Assembly: GCA_043228905.1 (NCBI GenBank) | Contig: JBHGNT010000003.1 | Coordinates: 23,932,001 to 23,996,000, forward strand | DNA from: Azolla caroliniana | Taxonomy: Eukaryota > Plantae > Polypodiophyta | Direction of reading: 5' to 3' | DNA: 64,000 nucleotides | Part shown: piece after piece, positions 24,442 through 36,684 of the stretch | Numbering within the stretch: position 1 is the first letter of the stretch | Layout: each line of letters opens with the position of its first letter | Translations under genes and position numbers: made by a program | The notes under the pieces: generated by a model | The model's database searches: none | Told to the model about the DNA's origin: nothing | Seen by the model: only the letters and a program-made list of their open reading frames with translations

Positions 24442-26529
24442 AAAGATGCCTAAAGAATTGATGGCATTTTAACTTACAAAGGAGAACCATTACAAGTGCA
24501 AAGATTCATATATTGTGCAATTAATGTACCATCAACAAATATGTGGGATGTATTCTATGAGTCTAGACTTTAAGTGGGTTGGAGTTGTTATAATATGTTT
24601 GAGAATCATTGGAACAAAAGTAACATTCTAGGATGGGAAGAGAGATTGATGCTTTTATATTTGGAAAATTTCAATTATGCAATACTCTAGGCACTAAGTA
24701 TAAAGAGCAAGATTGTAAAATGTAAAAATGGGAATGTTGCACCGCAAATGTTAACCTCCAAATTTCTCACCAATACAAGGTAAAAATGTGAGAATATATC
24801 CAACCGCATCTTAATATCCCCATGGCTTTGGTCTTCTAGATCCTCAACACTTTGTCAAACTCACTCACACAAATTAGGTGTTGAGGTAGCATCATAGCAT
24901 CACTACCCTAGTATGACGATATGCAAGGTATCCAATGAAAACTTCATGGAGGATGAATATCACTTATTTCTTGTGTTCACTTATTTCTTGCATTCTCAAC
25001 ATGTAAGGTAATTTGTGAGCAGTGTGATGACTTGTAAAACGAGTATGATAATAAGTCAATCATAGACCCTAAACCCTAAACAATTATAACTATATATACT
25101 TTTATATACCAACAATTAAGTAAATAAGTTAATACATACTTAAATAGACGATCTTTCACCTCTAATTAATACCTCATAATAATACTGATCGTCATAGTAG
25201 ATAACTAGCTAAATGCTAATGAGATAAAACTACCACATATACATAAAGTCACATATATGTTTCAACGAAAAAAGAAGATTAACACTGATAAGGCCTAGGC
25301 CACAAAGATAGCCTATGTTGCTTGCTTGCACATTGTGACAATGAAGGTCACAAAATGTAGGTGATGTTGACGATGCCTAACCGTAACATTACCAATGCAC
25401 CTTGTCATTGTCCCCGCTCACACCCAATTTGCTCTAGCACTAACACCATTCACATTAAACCATCTCTCCCCTCTCATGCCCATTCCTTTTACTCCTCCCC
25501 ACATCCTCGTTCGCATGCCCACAATTGAACCTCAAAGGTTCAAACTTTTCGAGGTTTCATCGTCTCCATTCCTCAACAACTCTTCTTTGTCTACACCAAC
25601 AGTCCACTATTGCCACTAGTCACCGATAACCCTGGACTAAACATTTATCAATGCTTCAACATGGGCTTATTTCACTATATGACTGCCTTATTTCAGCTTG
25701 ATTCCTTGCTTCACACACATATCACGAGACGGAGACCTTATGAAAAACCCCAAATTGCCTCCATCATCATTCCACCACCTTGTTTGAATTGAACCATTAT
25801 GGACAATTTTTTTTTTTTGTATGGATAAAGACAAAAGGGCTTATGCTAATTCATGATTCATTTGACTATCATGATCTAGGAGGTTTTCACAATGCTATAT
25901 ATTCTTCCTTCTCTTTCTTTCACAATAATATTGAGCATCTTCCACTTCCATCTTCCTTTTCTTTCATTATAATAGTGATTGTCCTGCGAGACAAGATTTT
26001 TTCTAGTTAATTCATGATTCCTTGTTAGCACGAGGCCTTTGACGCCTTCCTTTAATTTGCTCATCGATGGACACCATTTCCTAATTTTATGTAGTGACAA
26101 TATTGAACCGGTGAGCTGAAGCTAATTAATCTGGGCAGAAAAAAATTACACAGTGGAAGTGGAGGAATACAACGAATGTGCGTCTTTTGATTTGCTTGCA
26201 AACAAAAAACGTCTCATTGCGCAGTTTTCTCTTGCAATTCTCATCAATCCATGACTTTTGTTTGTGTGTGTTGGGAGGAGAGGCAGGATATGGACATTTC
26301 CGTTGACCCATATATGGAATATACACAGACAAATATAGTGCTAATTATTATAAGACGTGAGAAATGAATAGGTCGATGGAGCAAGTGATCGAGATTTATG
26401 TGAGGATAGACTAAATATATTGAACTAAGCGTAGCATGACATCCATTGGTTATTACTTAGTAAATTCATCAGTAAAGGTAGATACCTATTTCTTGACCAT
26501 AAACAGCTTTAAATACTGCTATGTGTATG

Positions 26530-27140
26530 TTTCCAAATTCCCTATTTGTGTAAAGAAATGAAGAGCTTCATAAAATTACACGTCTCCTTGAATACCAAGC
26601 TTCTCTAGGACCCTATCTACAGAATCATGGTCCGTTCATACGTAGAGAGTACATGGAATTTAACCCTAAATTCACTGTTTGGGTAAAGAAATGAAGATCT
26701 TCATAAAACTACATGTCCCATTGAATCCTAACCTTCTTGAGGAACCTATCTACAGAATTATGGTTCCTCCATATGTAGAAGGTACATGGAATTTAGGCCT
26801 AATTTCACCATTTATGTAAAGAAATGAAGATCTTCATAAAAATACATGTTCTGTTGAATCCCAAAATTCTCTAGGACATTATCCACAGAATTATGATCCT
26901 TCATATGTAAGAAGGTACATGGAATTTAGAGCTTCCTAAAATTATATGTCTCGTTGAATCCTAACCTTCCCAAGGGCCTTATCTACAGAATCATGGCCCC
27001 GTCATCTGTAGAAGGTACACGGAATTTAGGCCTAAATTCACTGTTTGTGTAAAGGAATGAGGATCTTCATAAAATTGCATATCCCGTTGAATCCCAAGCT
27101 TCTCTAGGACCCTATCTATAGAATTATGGTCCTCGTATGT
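26530..27140. repeat. Tandem repeat, ~133-bp unit, about 5 copies
   Basis: AAAGAAATGAAGA(G/T)CTTCATAAAA recurs at about 26552, 26685, 26818 and 27051. Confidence 0.85.
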
Positions 27141-27432
27141 ATAATTATGGCCAAATTTAAAATTTAAGATAACATTTAGCCATGTAACAAATTTACCAAC
27201 TGTACTGATCAGATATATTAATTATAAATAATTGGTTTTGGATTCAGGTTTAACTGAAATGACTTTGTTATTATTGGAATTCATCTTCATTAAAATTATC
27301 AATGACTTGTGGCTATGATGATTCCAAGAGGTACAAACTGAATGGGTGCTTGTAATGATGTGAAGGCAAAATAAAAGTAATATAGTAAGAGATTACACTC
27401 ATAGGTTATGCTTCAACTCATCAAAACTGTTA

Positions 27433-29571
27433 GTATAAACCATTATTGGAAAAAGATGGTCTTGATTAAAGCCCAATCCTAGAGACCGCACTCATTAATA
27501 TGTATAGTAAATGTGGAGAAATCACTGAAGCATATTCACTATTTGATAGAGTGAAAGAGTTCAAAGCAAATGTGACTGTATGGAATGCTTTGATAGATCA
27601 GCATGTGCTCACCATGGCAATCCGTTGCGCTCTATTCAACTTTTCAAAACAATGCAAAGGGAAGGCATTTGTTTGGTCAACAAATCAACCTTTGCTGGTG
27701 TTCTACTTGCATGTGCAAATATAGAAGCTTTGGAAGATAGAAGGGCTGTTCATTCTTTTTTTATGAGTCTCTCTGTAGATCTGGATGATGTAATGACTTC
27801 CTCTCTTATCAATATGTAAGGAAAATGTGGCTCATTTGAAGATGCATGTTATGTGTTTGATAATATGTAACAAAATGGTAATGTGATTCACTGGACTTGT
27901 ATGGTTGTTGTTTCTATACAAAGAGGCAGCGTGAAACAATCACTTGAAATCTTTAGTAAAATGCATGAACAGGGCGTGAACCCTAATAATGTTACTCTTT
28001 TTAATGTTTTAAGTGCGTGTTCAAGCTTGGAAGCCCTTGTCATGGGTCAATTGGTGCACATATGCAATAATTTATTGAAAGTGAGCTTGAAACTGATCAT
28101 AGCTTGTTGAATGCACTCTTTAGTATGTACAGTAAATGTGGTCACAATGGATGTTTGAGAAGATCCACCCTAAAGGCGTGCTCATCTATAATATACTCAT
28201 TGCTGCATATGTTCAAGAAGAATGTAATGATTCAGCAATAGAGGTGCTCGAGGAAATGCAACATGTAAATATTGTTCCAGATGAGGCCCAGCTTTGTTAA
28301 TGTTCTCAGTGCATGTCATTAATTTGAACTCCTAGAGAAAGTAAGGTTATCCACACCAACACATTGCAGAGAGGCTTTGACTCGGTACTTACTATCAATA
28401 CTGCATTGATTGGCATGTATGGAAAATGTGGGGCGTTAGAAGAAGCTCAGTGTGTTTTTGATGGAGTCAAGGAAAAATTTAGTCTTGTGAACAGCCATGA
28501 TCTCCGCATATACTCAGCAAAGATATGGTGAAGAAGCAATTCAGCTCTTTAAGGGAATTCATCTTGAAGGTATTTCACCTGATACCATTACATTAGTGAG
28601 TATTCTAGGTGCATATGCCAACCTTGATGCTGCTGCCGAGCATGTCAAGGTAATTTAGGCATGTTACAAACACGAATTTGAGTTTAACATAATACTTGGT
28701 AATGCTGTTATTACCATGCAAGGTAGATGTGGCAAGCTCGATGATGCACGGTCAATCTTCGATCAAATGCACGAACGAAATGTGCGCAGCTGGATTGCAA
28801 TGATATTTATATATGGCCATAATGCGTACTGCCGAGAAGAGAAGCACTTGAGGAAGTGAGTCAAATGAGATCATATGGATATATTGTCTAAGTAGCTGTG
28901 GTACATCAGGTGCATTAGGCCAAAGTAAAAAAATTCACAGTTGCGTAATTGAGTGTGGATATGAGTCCAACACAGTGGTAGGAAATGCTGTCATAAACAT
29001 GTATGAGGAATGATCAAAATTCTTCAAATCAATGATTGAGGAACACCGCATTTTACCCGTGGTGGGTCATTATGGATGTATGGTAGACTTATTTGGAAAA
29101 CATGGCAATCTCGATGTGGCCAAAGACCTTATTTATAGTATGCCAGTTTGTGCCTCATCTCTTATATGGACATGACTCTTCTTGGTGCATGTAGGAATTT
29201 AGGCGAGATCCAGTGAGGTGAAATGGCCTTCAATTACATAAATATCTTGGAACCCAATAATGGAGCTCCGCAAACCTGGCTCTCAAATATTTATCCCAAA
29301 TGGGAGGTGGAATGATGTAAAAATGCTAAGAGAAATGATGGTCCAACGAGGAGTAAAGAAACGATGAGGATGGAGCATGATTGAGGTGAATGATGGAATT
29401 CATAGATTCCAATTACAATTGCAAGCCTATATATGCAAAACTAGAAACTCTGAATTCTCAGCTGAAAAAGCAAGGCTGTGTTCCTGATACAAGACTAGTG
29501 CTCCATGATTTGGATGAAAAAAAGATGAAATATATACTTTGATGTAAAAATTTACAAAAAGAAAAAGAAAA
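27433..29571 (+). pseudogene. Processed (retroposed) PLS-class PPR pseudogene with E/E+ and the start of DYW
   Basis: Repeated TALINMYSKCG/MYGKCG and WNALI motifs with many stops and frameshifts; HYGCMVDL, WS.IEVN..IH.F, PDTRLVLHD. No introns. A-rich tail 29556-29571. 18-bp TSD AACTCATCAAAACTGTTA. Confidence 0.9.
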
Positions 29572-29802
29572 AACTCATCAAAACTGTTACAATCTTACAC
29601 TTCTTATTTCTACCTGTAAATGATTTCAAGAACAAATACATTCATTCCACATTCCCATCCAAGCCCGAGATCAAACAAGCTTGCATACATAGACCTAACC
29701 TCTTCTTTACACTTCAATTACAGGAAAGCTGGATTTAGAGCTCATGGTTCTTTCTGGTCTACCGAGGCTCTAACAAACTCATCAACTCCACGTGACTCAT
29801 TG

Positions 29803-32603
29803 TCATTTTTCTAGTGGATGAGGAGGTATAGGTATTGTACTGTTTTTGTAGGATGGATCTGGACATGATTGGCACCGCAGAACATAAGTGAGTTCCAGAG
29901 GAGGATCTGGAACCTCAAGATGCTGCTCCAGCATCAACAGGATCGTGCTCATGGCTGGCCGGGATGATGGATTCTCTTGAATGCACCAGAATGCCACATG
30001 GATGAGCTTCTTCATTCTCTCTGTTGCAACCTCATAGTTATCTTTCACTTCCTCCAACAAGTGCTTGTCAATGACAGACATTATGTCGCCATTCTCGGCT
30101 TGCTTCGCTGCCCAAGCCGGAAAATACCATCCATCCTCACTGCACATTGCCAAATTGAGGTTCTTACGCCCCCCAACAAGCTCTAGGAGCACCATTCCGT
30201 AGCTAAACACATCACTCTTCTCTGTGATGGGCAAATTCAAGAACCACTCTGGAGCCATGTACCCTGGTGTACCCCTCATCGCTGTCACTGTCTGGTTGTT
30301 CCCTCCTTCTCGATTGATTAGCTTGCACAGCCCGAAATCAGCAAGCTTTGCCCTAAAGTTGGCATCCAGCAGTAGGTTCTGTGGTTTCACATCCAAATGA
30401 ACCACTTTGTCTCGGCTTCCTTCATGCAGAAATGCAAGTCCTCGTGCCATGTCCACAGCAATCCTGTATCGAACCTCCCATGGCAAGATATGCGTTTGGT
30501 TCTCTTTCTTCTCCTCCGTGGTCCTGGGGTTACTTCGGAATATCCATCTGTCCAGAGAACCATTATCCATGAACTCATAAACGAGAAGGCGATGAGTCCC
30601 TTCTGCACAGAAACCCCTCAGCTTGACAAGATTGACATGACTCAAGCTGCCCAGTGCAGCTACCTCTGTTCTGAATTGATTCTTCCCTGATGCTGCGATG
30701 GTTGCCCCCTTCGAGACCTAATTAGTCACAAACAAAAATATAAATCAATATGGGAGAACAGGATTGCTGACATTAGACAACATGGAACTAATATAATCAA
30801 TGCATAACATGAGCTGGTATATATAAGCTGGCTTACCGAGAGCTGTTTCACTGCTACTTTGATTGCAGCAGTGCCCTTGATGTCCACATTAGGGCTATGA
30901 TTCTGACTTCGATGAGTGGAGGGAGGTAGGATAAGGCCTTCATAAACAGCACCCGAACCCCCTTTTCCTAGCTTCTTGCTGAATCCCGCTGTGGCAGCTT
31001 CTAGTTCACTATACGAGTATCTGGGAGGCAAGCCAGGTAAGCTTTCCAGGAAAGCCTCTTCTTCTGAATCAGGGTACTCTACAGGATTTTTTGCTAGTCT
31101 TCTACCTATGAACACTCCGATGATTGCAAGGCCAATGACCAAAACACCTAACCCAACGCTTACACCGACGATAACATTCTTGGAGATTCCATTACCACTA
31201 GGAACAGTGGTAGCAGGTAAGCGTGCGACCCTGAGGTACGCGATGACACTGGGGTTAGCACCGGATCGCATGGTCTGAACTTGGTCATAGAGATGGCAAG
31301 CCTGGGTGCTGTTGTCGTAGAACACTGCAGTGCAAGAGCAATTGGGCAAGCATAAATTAGTGCATTCTTGGGCATTCCTCACATACTGAGGTTCCATGAA
31401 TGTATTGGCAAAGTAATCCACCCCTGGCACCTCCAGAAATTGATGTTCCATAGCTATGCTGCAATTCAGGGGAGTGGTGAGGCGACATCCCTGTCGAGGA
31501 TCTGATGAGTCCACCTGGGTGAAGAGATCTGGACAGCTGCAAGTTTGGACAGAGCTACAAAGGCTGTTTACACTGCAGTAGGAGGGCAACTTGCAGTAAG
31601 TGCTGAAGAATCCCTTGAAAAGTTCATTGTCGAGTTGGAGGCCTTTATCAGAGAGGAGAAAAGTGTTTATGTCGCCCGTGGGCATGAGACGCAGATATCT
31701 GAAGCCCGAGCCCCCCAAACGTGTGCTAATAGCGATGCCATGAATTGCATTCCTACCGGTTTCTGCTTGACACTCGGGAGTAATCACAGAGTCTTCTTCA
31801 TCTAGAGTCACCCCGGATCCATCTGCGTTATAGATTAACACAGTGCGATTGCAAGCAGAGTGCAAAGCTACACTGAGGTTGCCGTAAAGGCCTTGTGTAT
31901 AAGTGATGACCACCGCATAGGGTATATTGGTCTGTTGTTGGTCGAAGGTTGCATAGAGCACAGAACCACCAATCTCTTCCCTGAGGGTATAATGCCCAGT
32001 GGAGACATCATCCAGTGACAGGCGCGCAGTGATACTGTGGTTAGGCTTAAGGCCCCGTCCTGCCATGATAAGATCTGTAGGGTAATCGTAGCTCTGCCAG
32101 AGGGTGGAGTTCCTGTCATCTTGCATCACAAGGTTCCCCGTGCTATTCATCAGAACACTGTATATCCCAGGAGGAGAAGACCAAACCACGCTGGTAGGAG
32201 GATTAACGTTTATTAAGTTATTGTTGTTAGAGCTTCCATTGATGGTGGTGGTAATTGAGGTGCGGTCTTGAAGAATGATCTGTCGGTCAGGGTAAATGAG
32301 GCTTAGGGTTGCGTTTGGCGAGACTGGGTGGTCTCTGTTGGCAATCCAAACCACCGTAGTGTTGAAGAGGGTGCTGAGTATGACGAGAAGGCGTGTGTCG
32401 TTTGTATATGATACAAATTGCCAAGAGAAGGACTCATCCTCACTAAGAAGGATCTGAACGCTCGTATTCTGTGCTGTGGCTATGGTGGTGTTACGATCAG
32501 GTACTAACAATTGCCCAGGAATGGTGGCACTATAAGATGATATGAGGATGAGATTGAGAGAAGCAGCCATGACTGCAATGGTGAGGAATATAGATATGGT
32601 CAT
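29803..32603 (-). CDS. SD2-like lectin receptor kinase copy D; exons 32603-30837 and 30717-29803, about 893 aa, frameshifted short C-tail
   Basis: Same architecture as A with all kinase motifs intact; intron 30836-30718. The ancestral SLLEPR* end is still visible out of frame at about 29759-29780. Confidence 0.88.
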
Positions 32604-34053
32604 GTTGTATTGGGGTGAAAAACAGGTCAGTTGAAGGAAATTAAATCCGGAAGAGGAAATATAGATAGTAGAAGGTCCACAGCAGAAATAGGATACAGTA
32701 GAAATGGTGTTGATGAAGAAGAAAGGGAGGAGGATACAGTTAATGTTACATGCATGAGCTGCGAAGAGAGAAGATTTAGTGTAGGAATCAATCATAACAT
32801 AAACAGGGTTAAGGAAGTGTGTAAAAGAAGAAGAAGAAGAAGAAGACAATGACGATGTGTGTGTTAGTATGATTCAATGGAGATTTGTGTCCAAAGCATT
32901 GAGGATGATCTTAACATCAGAGAAAGAGAAAGAGAAAGAGGAAAAGAAAGAGAAAGAGAGAGACGGATACAGTGTTGCATTCCGATAGGTCTGCATTAAT
33001 TTGTACAACTGAATTGACACAGTGTGTCCTGCATATTTCCTGGTTGTAAAATTTAGATTAAGCCTTTGTGTTGCTGTCACTTTTCCCTTGATTTGCAAAC
33101 ACTTGCAAAGAAGAAGAAGAGAAGAGAAGTTTAGAGAAGAGAAGAGAAAGCCTTCCTTTTATTGTGTCTTTTTGATGAAGCACTTTTTGTTTCTTTTGAT
33201 CGGGTTTCGGTTAAAAACCCACGTGCCATCAGCGGAAGGTTCAAGTTTCAAGTCAGGAAGATAGAGATTTATCTACTGAAATTCCCAAAATAATATGGTG
33301 TCACCGAAAAGGAACGAGAACGAGACTCATTGGACACATGGGAATATTGTGTGAACCTTCTTTTTATGCGAACATTGTGTGGGAAGCTGGAGCGACTCCT
33401 TGACAAGGGAATCGGAACCTATTCTTTTTGGAATAGCTGATCTTTGCTTTGCATTAATATTATTTTTGCATTAAATTATGGACAGGTTTTGCGAATTGGA
33501 AACTACTCAACATTCAGTTTACATATAGACAAGGTTAGAAAAGTTGTACTCCTCTTTTTATTTATTTATCATAAGTTGCCGAGCATAATCTTATTCCCAA
33601 ATTTGGTGGAATATGTTGGAGAGACAAAGGCATTACGCTTGTAGTATAATTTTGAGAATAGGTGATGTCAAAGATGCCTAAAGAATTGCCATACACCAAA
33701 TGAATCCTTTGGTGAGAGTGTGATAAATGGATATTTTCGGATCCAAGTGTTTGGGTAGTAGTGGGTGTTATGCCCTTTCATGGGTGGGCTTTAATTTCTC
33801 ATGGAGAGAGCCTTCTTGGGTTCTCTGAGCTCTCGTTGAGATGGCCTAGGGTTATCTCTCATGAGGGAACAAGGGATAGTTAGGTGCCAATTTAATTAAT
33901 CATAATAGTTTCTCAAAGTACTTCTTGAGCTATGTGAGAGTGCAACCAATGATGTATACTGTCTCCCACATTCTTTGGTCTATGCATCGAATAGCTTGAA
34001 GGAATAGCAAACAAGGCTGCAAAAAAGGAAGGATTAGATGGCCCAAAACTAAT

Positions 34054-34460
34054 GCAAGAGTCAAATTTTATTTTATCACACTTTAACTTACAAAAGAGAA
34101 CCAATACAAGTGGGAAGCTTCCAATATTGTGCAATTAATGTTCCATCAACAAATAGCCTTTAAGTGGAGAATCAATGCAATAAAAGTGATACTTGAGGAT
34201 GGGAAGTGAGATTGTCATATTTGGAAAAAAACGGAAACATTAAATGGCAAGAGTCAAATTTTATTTTATCACACTTTAACTTACAAAAGAGAACCAATAC
34301 AAGTCGGAAGCTTCCAATATTGTGCAACTAATGTTCCATCAACAAATAGCCTTTAAGTGGAGAATCAATGCAATAAAAGTGATACTTGAGGATGGGAAGT
34401 GAGATTGATGCTTTCATATTTGGAAAAAACAGTCCTCGTCACTATTTGATACAGAAACAT
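34054..34460. repeat. Local ~193-bp tandem duplication within the LINE remnant
   Basis: GCAAGAGTCAAATTTTATTTTATCACACTTTAACTTACAAAAGAGAACC at about 34054 and 34247. Confidence 0.8.
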
Positions 34461-34712
34461 TAAATGGCGAGAGTCCGTGCATACAGGGCTTGGATGGCCT
34501 TGAACTCGTCTCAGGAATCCTAGACAATCAGGGCCATCCAATATTTTAGATCTAGGAAAAAGAAGAAGAAAGAAAAAGTAAATAGTTATAATTTTAAAAA
34601 ATGTAAAATTTGGAGGATGGGGGGGGGGGGGATTTTTGAATTCTTTTTTTTTTTTTTTTTGTTGAAAACACACAATTATATTAATAAATCTGCGTAAAAA
34701 ACACTACTTACA

Positions 34713-34990
34713 ATGGGTGTGACAATGGAGTATCATCACCCACTAGCTACACTACATTACCACTATATGGGTGTGATAATGGAGTATGGTACCCCACTAG
34801 CTACACAACATTACAACTATGTGGGTGTGACAATGGAGTATGGTCACCCACTAGCTACACTACATTACAACTATATGGGTGTGATAATGGAGTATGGTCA
34901 CCCACTAGCTACACTACATTACAATTATATGTGTGTGACAATGGAGTATGGTCACCCACTAGCTACACTACATTACAAGTTACAACTATA
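34713..34990. repeat. 54-bp minisatellite, about 5 copies
   Basis: Unit ATGGGTGTGACAATGGAGTATGGTCACCCACTAGCTACACTACATTACAACTAT. Confidence 0.92.
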
Positions 34991-35098
34991 TGAAACATGT
35001 TAAATTGCGAATAGGCAAGAGGAACACTACCAACGAGCTTCTACTTACTCCAATAAAGAAAATTGCCACATTAGTACTCCCTTCAACTTTCTCTATAC

Positions 35099-35134
<36 letters not shown>

Positions 35135-35136
<2 letters not shown>

Positions 35137-35246
35137 TTAGTTATGATGACCGGATAAATACTCTTTTGTTGTAAACCAATTGTCTCATGGGCCAAATTTG
35201 GCCTTAGAAGACGTTAAAATATCTTTCTTTCTTTCTTTCTCTCTCT
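35135..35246 (+). mobile_element. Extremely 5'-truncated copy of the 3' end of the LINE at 6409-8616
   Basis: TTTTAGTTATGATGAC.GGATAAATACTCT.TTGTTGTAAACCAATTGTCTCATGGGCCAAATTTGGCCTTAGAAGACGTTAA matches about 8477-8559; preceded by (CT)n and followed by (CTTT)n(CT)n. Confidence 0.85.
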
Positions 35247-35289
35247 TTCCCCTATGTGTGTTTCCTCTCATGGATCGATAGGTCTACGT

Positions 35290-35323
<34 letters not shown>

Positions 35324-35765
35324 AATTTTTGAATTCCTTTCTCTCTTTCCTCTCTTTGATCTATTTCCTCTGCGTCTTTCTTCTCTGCGTGCTCTCTCCC
35401 TTTCCTCTCATGGATTGACAGGTCTTCGGTTCAAGAAATGTGCTTTCCATCATTCTACCACGAGGAAGAAGAAGAAGCAGAGGGTTGCATCTTTTCGGGC
35501 ACTCGATTCAAACCAACATTGATCAAAAGAAAAGGAGGATGGGGAGGATCAAATTGAGATCCTAGAAGATGATCAGAGTGGGAAAGTGTCATCTCAGGGC
35601 TGGAAACCAGTTCTATTGATTCACCTAGATCTATGAAACTTGTTGGCAAAAATGCAGACGTGGATACTGGAAAAGATCTATTGATTCACCTAGATCTATG
35701 AAACTTGTTGGCAAAAATTCAGACGTGGATACTGGAAAAGACGCAAATATAGCTGTGAATGCAAA

Positions 35766-36000
35766 TATGAAGATAGATATGGAGGTGTTGTCCTGGGGCC
35801 AAGCCCTAAACCTGAAGCCTGGGACAGTGGTAGAATTAGGCCTCCGGTTGTGAGAAGATATCTGAGTGATAATGAAGAAAGATGGATAATGTGGTATAAT
35901 GCTAGTGGGGGAAACCTCAAGAACAAGGTCATGGGCCTTCTAATGGAGTACATTGGAAACGAGGTAATGGTTGAGTTGAGAACAGTGGACCAATTAGTGA
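35766..36000 (+). pseudogene. Fragment of a five-bladed beta-propeller glycosyl hydrolase (arabinanase/levansucrase/invertase-like) gene
   Basis: Reads GGVVLGPSPKPEAWDSGRIRPPVVRRYLSDNEERWIMWYN, then frameshifted SNGVHWKRG. Recognised from memory as resembling the plant WDS....PVV.R.LSD.EERW.MWY...SNG.HW.RG family. Confidence 0.6.
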
Positions 36001-36684
36001 AGATGTCGAAAACTTGAAGGTAGATAACAGTGATTCTGGATTTTGATTATGAAATGGTTAAAGAAACAGCCAGTGAGTCCAGCTCAGCTATCATCAGAAA
36101 TTTACTGCTTGCAACCGTTTCTAACATGGAGAAGGTTTCTATCATCAGAAATTTACTGCTTGCAACCTAAGGTTCATGCTAGTAAGAGTTTTTTTAGTGA
36201 GTGAGGCAAATATGTGGAATAATCATATTTTTATGCAGAAATTAGGAAAGATAGAGGAAGAAGCTGAAGGATTACAGCCAAATGGCCTTTCACGGGTATG
36301 ACACCCGTCAAATTCCTGCCCTGAGGGGGATGCATAGGAGAGTTTGAGGTTTGTGGGGAAACTTGGAAAGTGTTGTCAAATTAGGAGAGCAAGAAAAGTT
36401 AAACAAAAACCAGTAAACCATTAAATTGAGCCACTTAAACTGCAAATTCGTTAAATGCAAATTTCTAAAATACAAAGCAAACACCAATTATTGCATTGCA
36501 TCATTTTCGATCTATACATACAATCATCCATCATAACTGAATGCAAATACAAACCAAAGACCAATTATCGCAATTAATCATTTACTGCATGTATATGCAA
36601 TGTTTGAATTGTATATTGCAGTCACTTGAGTTCGCTGGACTGTGGTCACGAAAGAGAAGCCTGGTATTTGTTGTGTCAAACTAG

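Noticed and set aside
32604-32849. 82-aa N-terminal extension of RLK D in the ORF track
   Set aside because: Starts at a non-ATG codon in a (CTT)n leader and is not conserved in frame in A or C; the signal peptide begins at 32603.
34713-35003. 96-aa ORF of 18-aa repeats, superficially also CRISPR-like periodicity
   Set aside because: By-product of a 54-bp minisatellite; no unique spacers, no cas genes, eukaryotic context.
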